Origin: Blepharisma stoltei ATCC 30299
Taxonomy: Eukaryota; Protista; Ciliophora
Reading direction: 5' to 3'
Length of the DNA stretch: 64,000 nucleotides
Assembly (NCBI GenBank): GCA_965603825.1
Contig: CBFDEM010000039.1
Span: 558,001-622,000 of the forward strand
The translations under genes and the position numbers were made by a program. Every line of letters starts with the position of its first letter. The stretch's first letter is position 1. Shown in pieces: positions 34,598 to 46,400 of the stretch. The notes below the pieces were generated by a model that did no database searches, was not told the DNA's origin, and was given only the letters and a program-made list of their open reading frames with translations.

Positions 34598-35710
34598 TTA
34601 AGAAAAGATGAATGCAATGGCCATTGAAATCCCCAAGACGACTGCAGAATCGTCATAATCACCAACACCATTTAATTCTGAAGCATATGCGTATTGAAAA
34701 GCCGCAGTGCCTATCACACATTTTTCGCTTCCAACTATAAGGTTATAAGCATAGAAATAGGTGTACCAATAATACAGTTCCGTAAAACTTTTTTCATCCC
34801 AATAATCCTGCATACACTTAAATGATTTTCTATTCGCTGTATTGCATTTTAAAACTGCTGGACTTGAAAACCATTTTGCCCAATAACTTAGCATTTTTAC
34901 TCCAGGGCCATCTCCATAGAAAAGGCTGCAATACGCATTTCTACCTGCATTGTAGCCGCAATCACAAACTGAACTGGCAACAAATGGAGGGTTAAAAAAA
35001 TTATCTGGCTGAGAATGGCATTTTGGATTACCTACCTGACAAGAAGCATCATAATTATCTTTTGACGCCAGCAAATTTGTACAATAAAAATCACCATCAG
35101 CTTCATTTTGGGCGCAATTTATGTACTTACATAGCTGGCTTTCTCCATTTAGGCAGCTTCCAACAGGCTCATGCGGCTCAAATGTAAACACTTGATAACA
35201 AGTGTTGGCCTGAGAATCAGTGGTAGATGTGATATTACAGGCTGCGTTATTTACACAGTCAGTATCAATTAAGCATCCTTTTTGGCCAATTTCTATTTGA
35301 GGAACGCACTTTATATAATTGAAGCAAGTGTATCCAGGCACACAGAACAAATTTGAATTACAAGTCACATCTTTTGTGCCTCCTTGACATACTCCACTAG
35401 AGCATCAACCAGTTAAAGAATAAATACAATCAGAATCTTGCTGACATTTATCTCCAGGATAGCTGAGACCAAAATAGTGCTGATTTGTTGCGCAAGTCAT
35501 ATTAGAAGCTTTTGCGCCATTGCAAATTGTATTACCTGAGCATTCTTTTGAATAATAAACATCATCTGTTTGGTCATAGTAAATGCAAGTTTCATCATCA
35601 AAAGCCATTTGTGAAGGCTTACAGGTGTAACTTGAGCATTCATTTTGACTTAAAACTCCAATGCAAAGGAAAGATAAGTGGAGAAGTAAAGTATGAATAT
35701 CCAAGGTCAT
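34598..35710 (-). CDS. Cys-rich surface protein copy 6 (370 aa, intact with one TGA=Trp)
   Basis: Two track ORFs join across TGA at 35405-35407; signal peptide and hydrophobic tail. Confidence 0.85.
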
Positions 35711-36324
35711 TTTTATTTTATTCACCTAAAATTTATTATATGAGCAATATGCATATTGAAAGAATATTAAGATTTCGGCAATTTTTGGACTATTTTAAAA
35801 TATTTTTAGATGGAAAATGCTTCAGCAATGAGATTAATAAATTGCTAGAATTAAAAGCTTGCTGTATCTTTGCAGTTGTAGCAAGTTTCTTGAACTTTGC
35901 AAGTATAGTCAGGGTCGCGTTTTATTTGCCCTGAGCTAAAAAAGGCTCTTTCAGTAGTAAAATTTACTTAGTAGTGCTATTTTCTGAATCGACTCCACTA
36001 GTTGGAAGGGTCTCTTGTAGCCCGGGGCGATCAAAGGTCCAAAGTTTTATCTTCAGCAGATTTAAAATAAATAAACTTGAACACCTTCTGCTAGAATAAG
36101 TAGAAAATGCATGGAAAAATAAAAACACGATTTACTATATTATTATATAGCACTCAACCTTATTTAATTGTAAAATTTAAGACAAAAAACAGATGTTGAT
36201 AAATTAGATAATTAAACTTAAAACTTTTCTCGTTTTTACACAAATATATCTATATAATATAGCTTATCTACAATAATAGCTCATGGTCAGGTTTTATGAA
36301 TTTTTCTTCTTTTCTTTCAATTTT

Positions 36325-36510
36325 CGGCACTACTTCTGAATTTTCTTCTGTGTTTCTCCTGGGATTTTCTTCTATGTTTTCTGGGCTTTCTTCTGAGCTT
36401 TTTTCTATGTTTTCTTCTGGGCTCTCTTTTTAGGTTTACTTCTAGTTTACTTTCGGATTTACTTCTGGGTTTCCTTATGCGTTTCCTTCTGTGTTTTCTT
36501 CCGGCCTTAT
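36325..36510 (-). repeat. Degenerate 12-bp tandem repeat (GAAGAAAACNCA-like; EENP/EENT-type tetrapeptides) within a probable coding relic
   Basis: Roughly a dozen imperfect units on the minus strand, with stops and frame slips. Confidence 0.6.
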
Positions 36511-37127
36511 TCTGGTTTTCCTTCTGCCTATCTCCTCAGCTATCTCTCTTTCCCATTAAACCCTTTTGGCTTTTCGAGCTCTCTGAATTTTGGCACACTT
36601 TTTACTTCTTTTTTTCCTCTCATTTATCTGCCTACTTGATATTTTAAATTCTATAATACTTGAATAAGTTGTTGAAATCAATTTCTTTATTACTAATCCA
36701 AAATAAAAAATATGAAATACTAATTTTATCTTAAATCCTTCCCATCTTTAAAAATATCGTACAATTCAAATTCTGATTTCGCTAAAATCTACTCTATAAG
36801 AATCCCTTATTTATAGGTAAATTCTCAATTAAATTGCATTAAAGCTTTAATAGAAGATATTGCTGCTGTATATAAAAAATTAAAATTATGTTCCAATTTG
36901 AAGTGGCTAATTTGGCTAATATATAAAAATATTGTTCCAATTTAAAGGATAATTAATTCATATTATTAATTAATAGAAATGAATATAACTCTATAATATT
37001 GACACTATTTTTATCTTATTTTGCGCTCTGTAGAGCGATTCTAATCTAATATATCAATTAAAAAGATGAAATCGAGAGCAAAGCATTTACATTAGCAATA
37101 TATAAATATCAATCATCAAAGTTTTAT

Positions 37128-38252
37128 TTAATGAAGGAAAAGTCCAATAATTAATGAAATTCCAAGCACAATCCCCGAGCTCTCATCAGAATCTCCACTA
37201 TCTCCATTATACAGCTTTTTAGCATATACATAACTAGAATCTGCTGTATTTAGCACACATTTTTCACTTCCTATTATATAATTATACTCCTGGAAATACA
37301 CTGTCCAATAATAGTAAGCGTTGAAGTTATTTTCGTCCCAATAATCCTTTATGCAGTTCAATTCTTCTCTTCTCCCTGTATTACATTTTAAAATCGCTTC
37401 ACTTGAATACCATTTGGCTCTAATACTTAACAAAGACAATCCTGGGCCGTCTCCTATGAATAAATTGCAATATGCATTTCCTTCAGAATTGTAGCCACAC
37501 GCACAATATTGATTAGCGACATAAGGTGGGTTAAAAAAATTGTCTGGCTTAGAAGTACAATCACTTTGATCACTACTACACAATGAAGCTGGCTTTGAGT
37601 CTGAGACTTGCAAGCTTGTACAGTAATAATTACCATCTGCTCCATTTTGGGCACAGGTCGTGTATTTGCATAGCATGCTTTGCTGATTATAGCAATATCC
37701 AACAGGAGAGTGAGGGTCAAATGAAAATACTTCATAGCAAGTATTAGTTTCAGGAAGCTCTGACGTGACATTGCAGGCACCATTTTGAACGCAGTCGTAG
37801 TCGCTTGAACACCCTTTTTGGCCAATTTCTATTTGGGGACTGCATATTCCTTTAATGCAAGAATTTCCTGGCATGCATTGATATAATGATGTGCAGAAGT
37901 GGCTCGCTGAATATCCTTGGCATATTCCGTTAGCGCAGTTAGAAGCGGAAAAACCATTATAGCAGTCCGCATTTGTTTTGCATTTTTCGCCGACAAAGCT
38001 CTGGCCAAAGCTAAGAACTGCATCTGTGCAGGTTTTATTATTGGACTCGTCTGCATATACACAAAGCTTATTATCTGGGCATTCTCTTGCATAAGAAGTA
38101 GAGGCTTCTTTATTATTATAAAGGCAAGTGTTAGCAGTAAAAGCCATAGAAGGAGGCTTACAAATGTAGCTTGGACATAGATTTGAGCTTAAAACTGGAA
38201 GGTAAAGAAGTGCGAAATGGAGGAGAAAAAAAGTGTGAATCTTAAAGTCCAT
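37128..38252 (-). CDS. Cys-rich surface protein copy 7
   Basis: 374-aa intact ORF with signal peptide, family motifs and hydrophobic tail. Confidence 0.87.
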   Translation of the reverse strand: MDFKIHTFFLLHFALLYLPVLSSNLCPSYICKPPSMAFTANTCLYNNKEASTSYARECPDNKLCVYADESNNKTCTDAVLSFGQSFVGEKCKTNADCYNGFSASNCANGICQGYSASHFCTSLYQCMPGNSCIKGICSPQIEIGQKGCSSDYDCVQNGACNVTSELPETNTCYEVFSFDPHSPVGYCYNQQSMLCKYTTCAQNGADGNYYCTSLQVSDSKPASLCSSDQSDCTSKPDNFFNPPYVANQYCACGYNSEGNAYCNLFIGDGPGLSLLSIRAKWYSSEAILKCNTGRREELNCIKDYWDENNFNAYYYWTVYFQEYNYIIGSEKCVLNTADSSYVYAKKLYNGDSGDSDESSGIVLGISLIIGLFLH

Positions 38253-39089
38253 TTCTGAATTTATTCAACAATAAGATATTAGATATAAAAATATAAATGC
38301 TTTCAACAAATAGCGAAATTGTTGATATTTAATAATGCAGTAATTTTTTAAAAATCATTTTTGCAAACAATATTGCTTTAAATATAGATACAAACTCATC
38401 TATGACTCAAGCTCAGTAGCGATCTGTTTAATTTTAGATACATTCTGACCTATCCCCGTCAAAATGCCTGCTTGCTTACTTGAGTTTTTATCATGCTGCC
38501 AATTTACTTTTAAAATTCTATTTGAATTTAGTTAAAATAGAATTGCCAAATATCATCATTTATAAATTATTTCCACATTAAATAATATAATTGGTCTCGT
38601 TTTATTACTATATTCTATCTCATTGTAATCAGAGTTAATTTTTATGAAATCCCTAAATCTATATTATTTGAGAAAAGACGAATCCTGAAATCCCTACAGA
38701 TATCTAAGAATTAAATCTATTTATCGAAATTTTTTCGTCTCAGTAATCTCACGTGCAGCTACATGATAAGCCGTGTAGTGCTAAGGATGGAACAAGGTGC
38801 TTCAAAGTCTGATGGAGGGGCTTTTTATAGTCTTAAATAAGGATAATGCTATAATATATCTATGGTAATAAATAGTTTTCATTACAGCTGCTTCTAAATG
38901 ATAATTCTGTATAAATGAAATAAAATTGTAATTTTCTAATTAACCTCAATTATATTTCTCGGAGTTTCATGGTTCTATTCAACTATTGAATTTTATTCGG
39001 TGGGGTTCTTCGCATATTGATAAAAGTATAGAATCGGAAATAAAGCATTTATATTAGTGATGTATAAGACTTAGTAATAGTAGTATTAT

Positions 39090-40223
39090 TTAATGAAGGA
39101 AAATTCCAATTAATAAAGAAATTCCCAAAATTCCCCCTGAGCTATTCTCATCAGAATCTCCACTATCTCCAGCCTCTCCATCATACAACTTTTTAGCATA
39201 TACATAACTAGAATCTGCTGTATTTAGCACACATTTTTCACTTCCTATTATATAATTATATTCCTGGAAATATGTTGTCCAATAATAGTAAGCTTTGAAG
39301 TTTTTTTCGTCCCAATAATCCTTTATGCAGTTAAATTCTTCTCTTCTCCCTGTATTACATTTTAAAATTGCTTCACTTGAATACCATTTGGCTCTAATAC
39401 TTAATAAAGACAATCCTGGACCGTCTCCTAAGAATAGATTGCAATACGAATTTCCTTCAGAATTGTAGCCACACGCACAATATTGATTTGCAACATAAGG
39501 TGGGTTAAAAAAATTGTCTGGCTTAGCAGGGCATCTATTTTGATTAACATCACACAGCGAAGCTGGTTCTGGGTCAGAGACTAGCATCTCTGTACAGTAA
39601 TAATTGTAATCAGCTTTATTTAAGGCGCAGGTCGTATATTTACATAGCATGCTTTGATTATTGTTGCAATCTCCAACAGGAGAGTGAGGCTCAAATGAAA
39701 ATACTTCATAGCAAGTGTTAGTTTGAGGATTACCCGATGTGACATTACAGGCACCGTTGTTTACGCAATCAAAGTCAGATGAACACCCTTTTTGGCCAAT
39801 TTCTATTAGAGGAATGCATTGCTTATTAATGCAAGAATTCCCTGGGTAGCATTGATAGATTGATGTACAACTTTGGCCCATTGGAGTTCCTTGACAAGTT
39901 CCGTCAACGCAGCCAGAGGAAACACCTTTAAAGCAGTCTTTATTTGTTTTGCATTTTTCACCTACCCAGCTATGGCCAAAGCTAAGAGTTTCATCTTCGC
40001 AGGTTTTATTATTAGACCCAGTAGCGTATTTGCAAAGCTTATTACCTGAACATTCTCTAGCATAATAAGTTAAAGCTTCGTTAGTATAATAAAGGCAAGT
40101 ATCAGCAGCAAAAGCCATAGAAGAAGGCTTACAAATGTAACTTGGGCACGGATTTGAGCTTGCAATTGGAAGGTAAAAAAGCATGAAATGGAGAAGCAAA
40201 AATGCTCGAAACTTAAAATCCAT
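39090..40223 (-). CDS. Cys-rich surface protein copy 8
   Basis: 377-aa intact ORF; closest to copy 7. Confidence 0.87.
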   Translation of the reverse strand: MDFKFRAFLLLHFMLFYLPIASSNPCPSYICKPSSMAFAADTCLYYTNEALTYYARECSGNKLCKYATGSNNKTCEDETLSFGHSWVGEKCKTNKDCFKGVSSGCVDGTCQGTPMGQSCTSIYQCYPGNSCINKQCIPLIEIGQKGCSSDFDCVNNGACNVTSGNPQTNTCYEVFSFEPHSPVGDCNNNQSMLCKYTTCALNKADYNYYCTEMLVSDPEPASLCDVNQNRCPAKPDNFFNPPYVANQYCACGYNSEGNSYCNLFLGDGPGLSLLSIRAKWYSSEAILKCNTGRREEFNCIKDYWDEKNFKAYYYWTTYFQEYNYIIGSEKCVLNTADSSYVYAKKLYDGEAGDSGDSDENSSGGILGISLLIGIFLH

Positions 40224-41170
40224 TTCTGAATTTATTCAACAGAGATATTTATGCGTTAAAATATGAATTTTGATTAAATTATATAAGAATTAAGCTTTGC
40301 CTCTATAGCAAGTAAAAATAGGCCAATTCAGCAAATAGCAAAATTGTTGATATTTAATTGTATATTCTATTTCTTTCTGGTCACAATAAATATTTTCAAC
40401 TTTAAGGAAAATAATAAATTTTAAATTAGGCTAAGAATATATAATATTTTATTGCTATTATTAAAAAGTTGTATTTAAAAGGATATAAATTAAGAAAAAT
40501 TAAAAATTGCAAAACCACTTTAAAAATATTATAGTAAATTCAATTAAAATTTTTTAGAAAAGAAATTATAGATAAACTATTGAAAAAATAGTTGAAAAAT
40601 GCATTATCTTTTTTACTTTAGACGACATATCTTTAACAAAATGGCATCTTTTTAAAATTAAAATCCATTTTATTCAATACTGACTTTACTTACATTAAGC
40701 CATCGCAATCTAAATTATGAGTTTACTTCAAGATTCAAGGAAATTTATATACTTAAAGCAAAAATAACTATGAATTAATAAAAAAAAATAGCAAAGCATC
40801 AACTTTTATATTATGTATCTATGAAACTTTATTGGTGAAAATGCTCAAATTTTTACTATAAATAACTTGAAAACTGTTTATTCTTCAAAATAATTTTTAG
40901 CTTGTTTTAAAGATTTCAAGCAAAAATTTTAAGAAATTTATATAAAAGTAAGATATCCGACCTCAAAACTTATAAATCTATATATACAGAAGATCCTAAA
41001 AATAGTGAAAATTGTTAATCTTAATATTTTAATAAGTTTTAAGGAAAATCACTATTAAAAACCTCGAAAAATAATTCTAATTCATTTTTTTGTGCATTTT
41101 CCCCTGCTAATATTCGTCATTAATTCTATTGGAGCAAATAACATTTTTTATAAAATTAAAGATTCCAGCT

Positions 41171-42379
41171 ATGAGCACTGTTGCACTACCAGAGCTAAGA
41201 CACTCAAGAAGTTTAAGGAAATTGCCAGACCAAGAGATCCGGCTGAGAAGAACTCCTCGATTACTCACTTTACCAAGCAACTGTCCTTCTCCAAAAAACC
41301 CGAATATCCTAACCCCAACCCCAAGCCTCCATTTCATAGACAACCAGCTTTTACCCTCAAGAGCCCAACATCATAAAAATGCTCTCAAAGAGAGCTTGCC
41401 TAAGCCTTTTAGCATCTCCCAAGAGCACCGAGCCAAACTTTCTACGAACTCATATGGTGTTTCCAAAGCATATGCAGTAATCACACATCCTGGCCTGGTC
41501 CGAAACTACAACGAAGATAGGGCCTGTATCAGTATCAACATGCTAAAAAAGCAGTCAAACTCCGACAAGTCCCTTCCAAAGTGCTCATACTTCAGCATTT
41601 TTGATGGCCATGGCGGTTCATCATGCGCTGATTTTTTAAGAAATAATTTACATCAGTACATTATCCAGGAAGAAAGTTTTCCTTCAAACCCCAAACAAGC
41701 TATAGAAAAAGCCTGTTCCAAGGCTGAGCAAGAATTTATGAAGCGAGCGCAAGGCGAAGTTGTAGACTCCTCAGGGAGTTGCTGTATCTTTGCCCTATTT
41801 GTAGGAGACATGTGCTATGTAGCAAATGTTGGAGACTCACGAGCAATTTTAAGCTGTGAAAGAGGGAGCAAAGTTAAAGCGCTGTCTCGCGACCACAAGC
41901 CTTCAGATGAGGTTGAAAAGTGTAGAATAATTGACGCTGGAGGGTCTTTATATCAGACTCCGTTTGGCTACAATAAGTTTGGCCCTGTTAGGGTCAACCC
42001 AGGCAGACTTTCAGTTTCCCGCACATTTGGAGACATTGAAGCGAAAATCCCAAGCATGGGTGGGATCCCAAATGTGATTAGTTCAGTACCCGAAATAATG
42101 TCTTTTAAAATTACTGATGAATATGATTTTATTATCTTAGGATCAGATGGAATTTTTGACCAGTTGACTAATAAAGAAATAATAACTCAAGCGTGAAGAG
42201 CAGATTGCTGGGAGAGTGAAAATATTCACCACCGATGTGGCGCTGCAGTCGAATCAATAATACAGCTGGCTTTTGAAAGAAGAGCTACAGATAATCTCAC
42301 AACTATGATGATCGCTCTCAAAGGGTTCAAAAAAGCAGCGAAAAGTAGATTAAGACACAGGATTACCCCTGTTGTTTAG
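41171..42379 (+). CDS. Protein phosphatase 2C (PPM family), 402 aa
   Basis: RNYNEDR, FDGHGG, ANVGDSR, DHKP, LSVSRTFGD, GSDGIFD; reading through TGA 42194 supplies the terminal TDNLT motif; TAG 42377-42379. Confidence 0.93.
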
Positions 42380-42620
42380 TAATATTAAAAGTTAACTTAT
42401 AATTAAAATTGAGTTTTAAGTACTTTTAATTATTATTCTGCAGATTAGATTTTTATTGAACAAAACACGGATTTATAATATGCAAAAATAAGGATCTGAC
42501 CTTATAAGTATTATTTGAAATTTTAAATAAGATTCAAGTCCATTGTGCTATTTCTGAAGAGCATGCTCTTTATTGAAATATTTTCTTTAACTTCTTGTTG
42601 AAATTATTATACTTATAACC

Positions 42621-43169
42621 ATGGCAAAAGGAACTGAAAACCTTATTAAGCGAAGCATGATTGACCAGAACCGGAAGCTCACAAAAATAGAGTCATGCTG
42701 CTTTATAGTCTATTTCATTTTGGTTACCACATTTGTATCAATCGTGATATCTACTGTTGCAACAATTTTGATTACAGTAGCCTATGTCTTCCCAAACTTA
42801 ATTACAGGAGTAATCGGACTTTATGGAGCTCTGAAATCACATGTCAAAGTCATGAAAGTTTATCTGGGATTTATTATTGGGTTGGTTTGTCTTAATATAG
42901 CATCAATAATTTTATCGATTATTTTCGTGTGTCTTTTGGCAGCTAATTATGGAGATGAGAAATGCAGCTCGACGATTGATGAGAATTGCAGCTTTACGGA
43001 CGTCATTATTATTGTGCTCATGGTCATGCTGTGCTTAAATGTGGTTATTTCAGTATGCTTGCTGTTTTTATGCTATGTGTCGTATCATCACGGAAAGGAA
43101 CTAAATAGCACTTTTATGTCAATGGAGAAAAGAGAAACTGACACAAAAGGAGATGAGCTCGGATATTAA
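42621..43169 (+). CDS. Small four-TM membrane protein with a Cys pair in the second loop
   Basis: 182-aa ORF with four hydrophobic segments; GxIGxYGA motif. Confidence 0.75.
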   Translation: MAKGTENLIKRSMIDQNRKLTKIESCCFIVYFILVTTFVSIVISTVATILITVAYVFPNLITGVIGLYGALKSHVKVMKVYLGFIIGLVCLNIASIILSIIFVCLLAANYGDEKCSSTIDENCSFTDVIIIVLMVMLCLNVVISVCLLFLCYVSYHHGKELNSTFMSMEKRETDTKGDELGY

Positions 43170-43426
43170 AATCATATAGCTAATTATAACTTAGAATTTC
43201 TTTCAAAATTGACTAAATATTTATTTTAATTATCAAGAGTGTCTATAAAACTAAAGATTAATAAAAAGCTTGATTGCCCCATAATTAGTAAAAATAATCA
43301 GTCTTATTTTACTTAAAATAAATTATATCACTTTATAGCAAAAGAAAGTTTTATATAAGCAGCTTTCATGCTCTTCAGTGAGTATACTAAAATTAACGAA
43401 ATTAAGAAAGTCTTCACAGATAAAAT

Positions 43427-46400
43427 TTATTTAAAATCCTTTGCTTTTATATCAAGTTCATTTTCATTTTCAACTCTTGAAATTTCATAAAATGTTTCGT
43501 CTTGCTGTTTTTCTTCGCTATCTTGTGGGGTACAATAAAGTTTATCGACCCAATTTTCCGCATTTCTTTTTAGCACACCCATGAATATTTGCCTCATATT
43601 TTGACCAATAACTTCATTTACGTCAAAATCCACAGATTCTATTTGGGCAGATCGGTCTTTGACAATAGAAAATATCTTCTCTCCTCCTTTGATTACCACA
43701 TGACTATTTTTTTTATGCTCAAACAAACCATCATCAAAGCCATCCATAACCTTTCTCGTAAACTTGCGCCTAAGAAATGGCACAACATTGCTGAGAAGCT
43801 GAATTCCAGCTCCAAACATTTTTAGTACCCAATAATAAATAAAATAAGCGTTAACAATGATAATGACAATAAAAAAGACAACCTTCGTTGCTTCGTCTAA
43901 AGCATCTGTAAGATAGTAAAGTCCACAATAAATTGTGATAGTGGCAACTAAGATTGATCTAATTTCCATACGATTTAAAGCTCTACCATCATATGGCTTA
44001 TTTTGTGCTTGCATTATTAGACAGAGGAGTAGCAAAACCATGACTGTTAATGCTTGGATATCTGTAGAAATGTTTTGCAGAAATACGGAGCAGCAAACTA
44101 TAAGGATTTTTCTATATAAAATCAAGAATTCCCAATAAAATGCATTGGTTTTATAGCCATTAAAAAGGAACCCAAAGCGCAGCCGAATGCTCAAAGTGTC
44201 AAGCTTTCTTCTATTTTTGAATAAAAAATAAAGAGTAATCGTAGGTATTCCGATTCCCCACACAATAATGGCTGGTATTGACACTGTAAAAATATAAAAC
44301 ATATGATTGCCGTCCCAGCACCTTATATTAAGATTATCTACAAGCCAAAATTCTCCAGCCTCAATTTCTCTGCAGCTAAATGAAGAAAACATCGATTTCA
44401 CCAAATTTGGGTGAATTAAAAATAATAAAATAACGACTGTAGATATAAAATCATTGAAAAACGACTCAAAACTCTTCCTATATCATTTTATAAAAGTCCA
44501 GAATAAAAACGACCCACAGCCTATCATTATAGGAATCAAACTCATTATCATCAATTTTTTGAAATACACTTTTTTATTGTCTTTTCCGGTATTCAAAAAA
44601 CAGTCAAAAGAAAAGATTTCGTCACTTACAGATCCTGCATTAGTCTGTATAGAAAATATATTTAATACTGTATCAGGCCATGATAAATTAAAAGTTGTAA
44701 TAAGGACCACAAGCTGCAAATAATTCACAAAAATTTTTATGTAGACTGATTGTAGGGATTTTGGTTTGTAGGCCGAGTTTCGGGTGGTTCTTACCATAAT
44801 AGCGCCTAGCAAAATAGCAGCAGCTATAACACCTATTATGCGAAAAGAGTTAGATAACTCTCCTGGACATTTCCCACAAGTATTTGCACTTATTATAGAA
44901 TATCCATTTTCACATGCTTGGCACATATTTCCTGTATAGCCTTTTTCGCAGAGACCAGTCAGTGATAAATTTGGTGGGCGAGGAGACCCTTTGCATGATG
45001 ATTCTCTTGGACATGCCCAAAAAGTGCTTGACATATTGGAAGATCTTCAATAACCTGCTCGAGGAACCATTGTTCAGTTCCCATAGCATTTTGCTTGACT
45101 GGGGCATTCTATGCATTGAGTGCTCGAGCCATTCAAGCTATAGCTTCCTTTGTCACAGACTTGGCAGTTTAAACCTATTGTAGCCTCTCCAACTACACAT
45201 TTCCTTAATGTAATATTTACATTTACTTCAGAAACGTAAAAAATTTGGCTATTTTTGCTGCTGCTTTCATCTATCCCAGTTGAAGGTATTTTTATAGTAA
45301 TCTCAGAGCCAGGCTCAGCAGAGACTATAAAATTATCAAAAGTATAAAAACCTTTAGAAGCAGTCACCCTAGTCGTTCCTGAAAGTATTACTGCAGAAGA
45401 ATTTTCTGCTAGAAGTTCTGCTGAGCTGGCACTATCAGTAGCAACAATATTTCCATAATAGTCAACTAGTGCTAATTTCAAAGTTTGAGAAGACGCTTGG
45501 CCAGGAGCTACATTTGATAATGAAAAAACAGTTGGAGTAGAAGCAAAACTTTTATCATAACTGACTATTGATCCATTATCGTCTACTGCCATCAATTTTA
45601 CTGCGAAAGAGGCTACATTATCTGCATAAGCAGCACTGTTATTTGTAAAAGTATTACAAGTTAAGACTGGAATAATGTCGTGCCAATTTATGGCACCTCC
45701 GTTATAAGTGGCATAGTTTTCAATGAATTTATTGTATGAGATATTAAAGCTGCAAGTCCAGAAATCTTGGCAAAGTATATTTAATCCTCCACCATTTCCT
45801 GAAACAGGAACAGAAGATGTTGGGATTTCTGTGGTCGATGCCATATTTTCCATAAAAGTGGACGATATAACGCTCAGTTTTATGTTATTGCTATAAATGG
45901 CTCCGCCAAGATCTGCAGAGTTATTTTTAAATGTTGAACGAGAAACAATATAAGCTTGACCTATTTCATTGCCGCTTGTAGTTGCAAGATATAATGCTCC
46001 CCCTGCAATTTCAGCAGAGTTCTCAATAAAATTGCATTTATCAATCTCCATTTTTATACACCCAACACATGAAAATGCACCTCCATTTTCTGAATTTCCA
46101 TATAGAAAGCTAGTTTCATATATATAAGCATTAATCATTTTTTCCCCATAAATAGCTCCGCTTTCATAGCTTTCGAATCAAGAATTTTCTATATTTAATT
46201 CGCTCTCATAGCCTGTAATAACTCCTCCCAAATCGCTACTATATGACGAAAAAAATTCGCTGTTCGAAATATTCAATAAACTCCCCGAAAATGACCATAT
46301 GGCTCCTCCTCCACCAGAAAGTGCCGAATTATGGCTAAAATGACTGCCGCTAATTATAACATTGCTTGACGTAGAAAAAATGGCACCCCCTGAACTGCTG

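Noticed and set aside
36325-36510. CRISPR-like or telomeric repeat
   Set aside because: Imperfect 12-bp coding-type units without spacers; not a telomere-like repeat.
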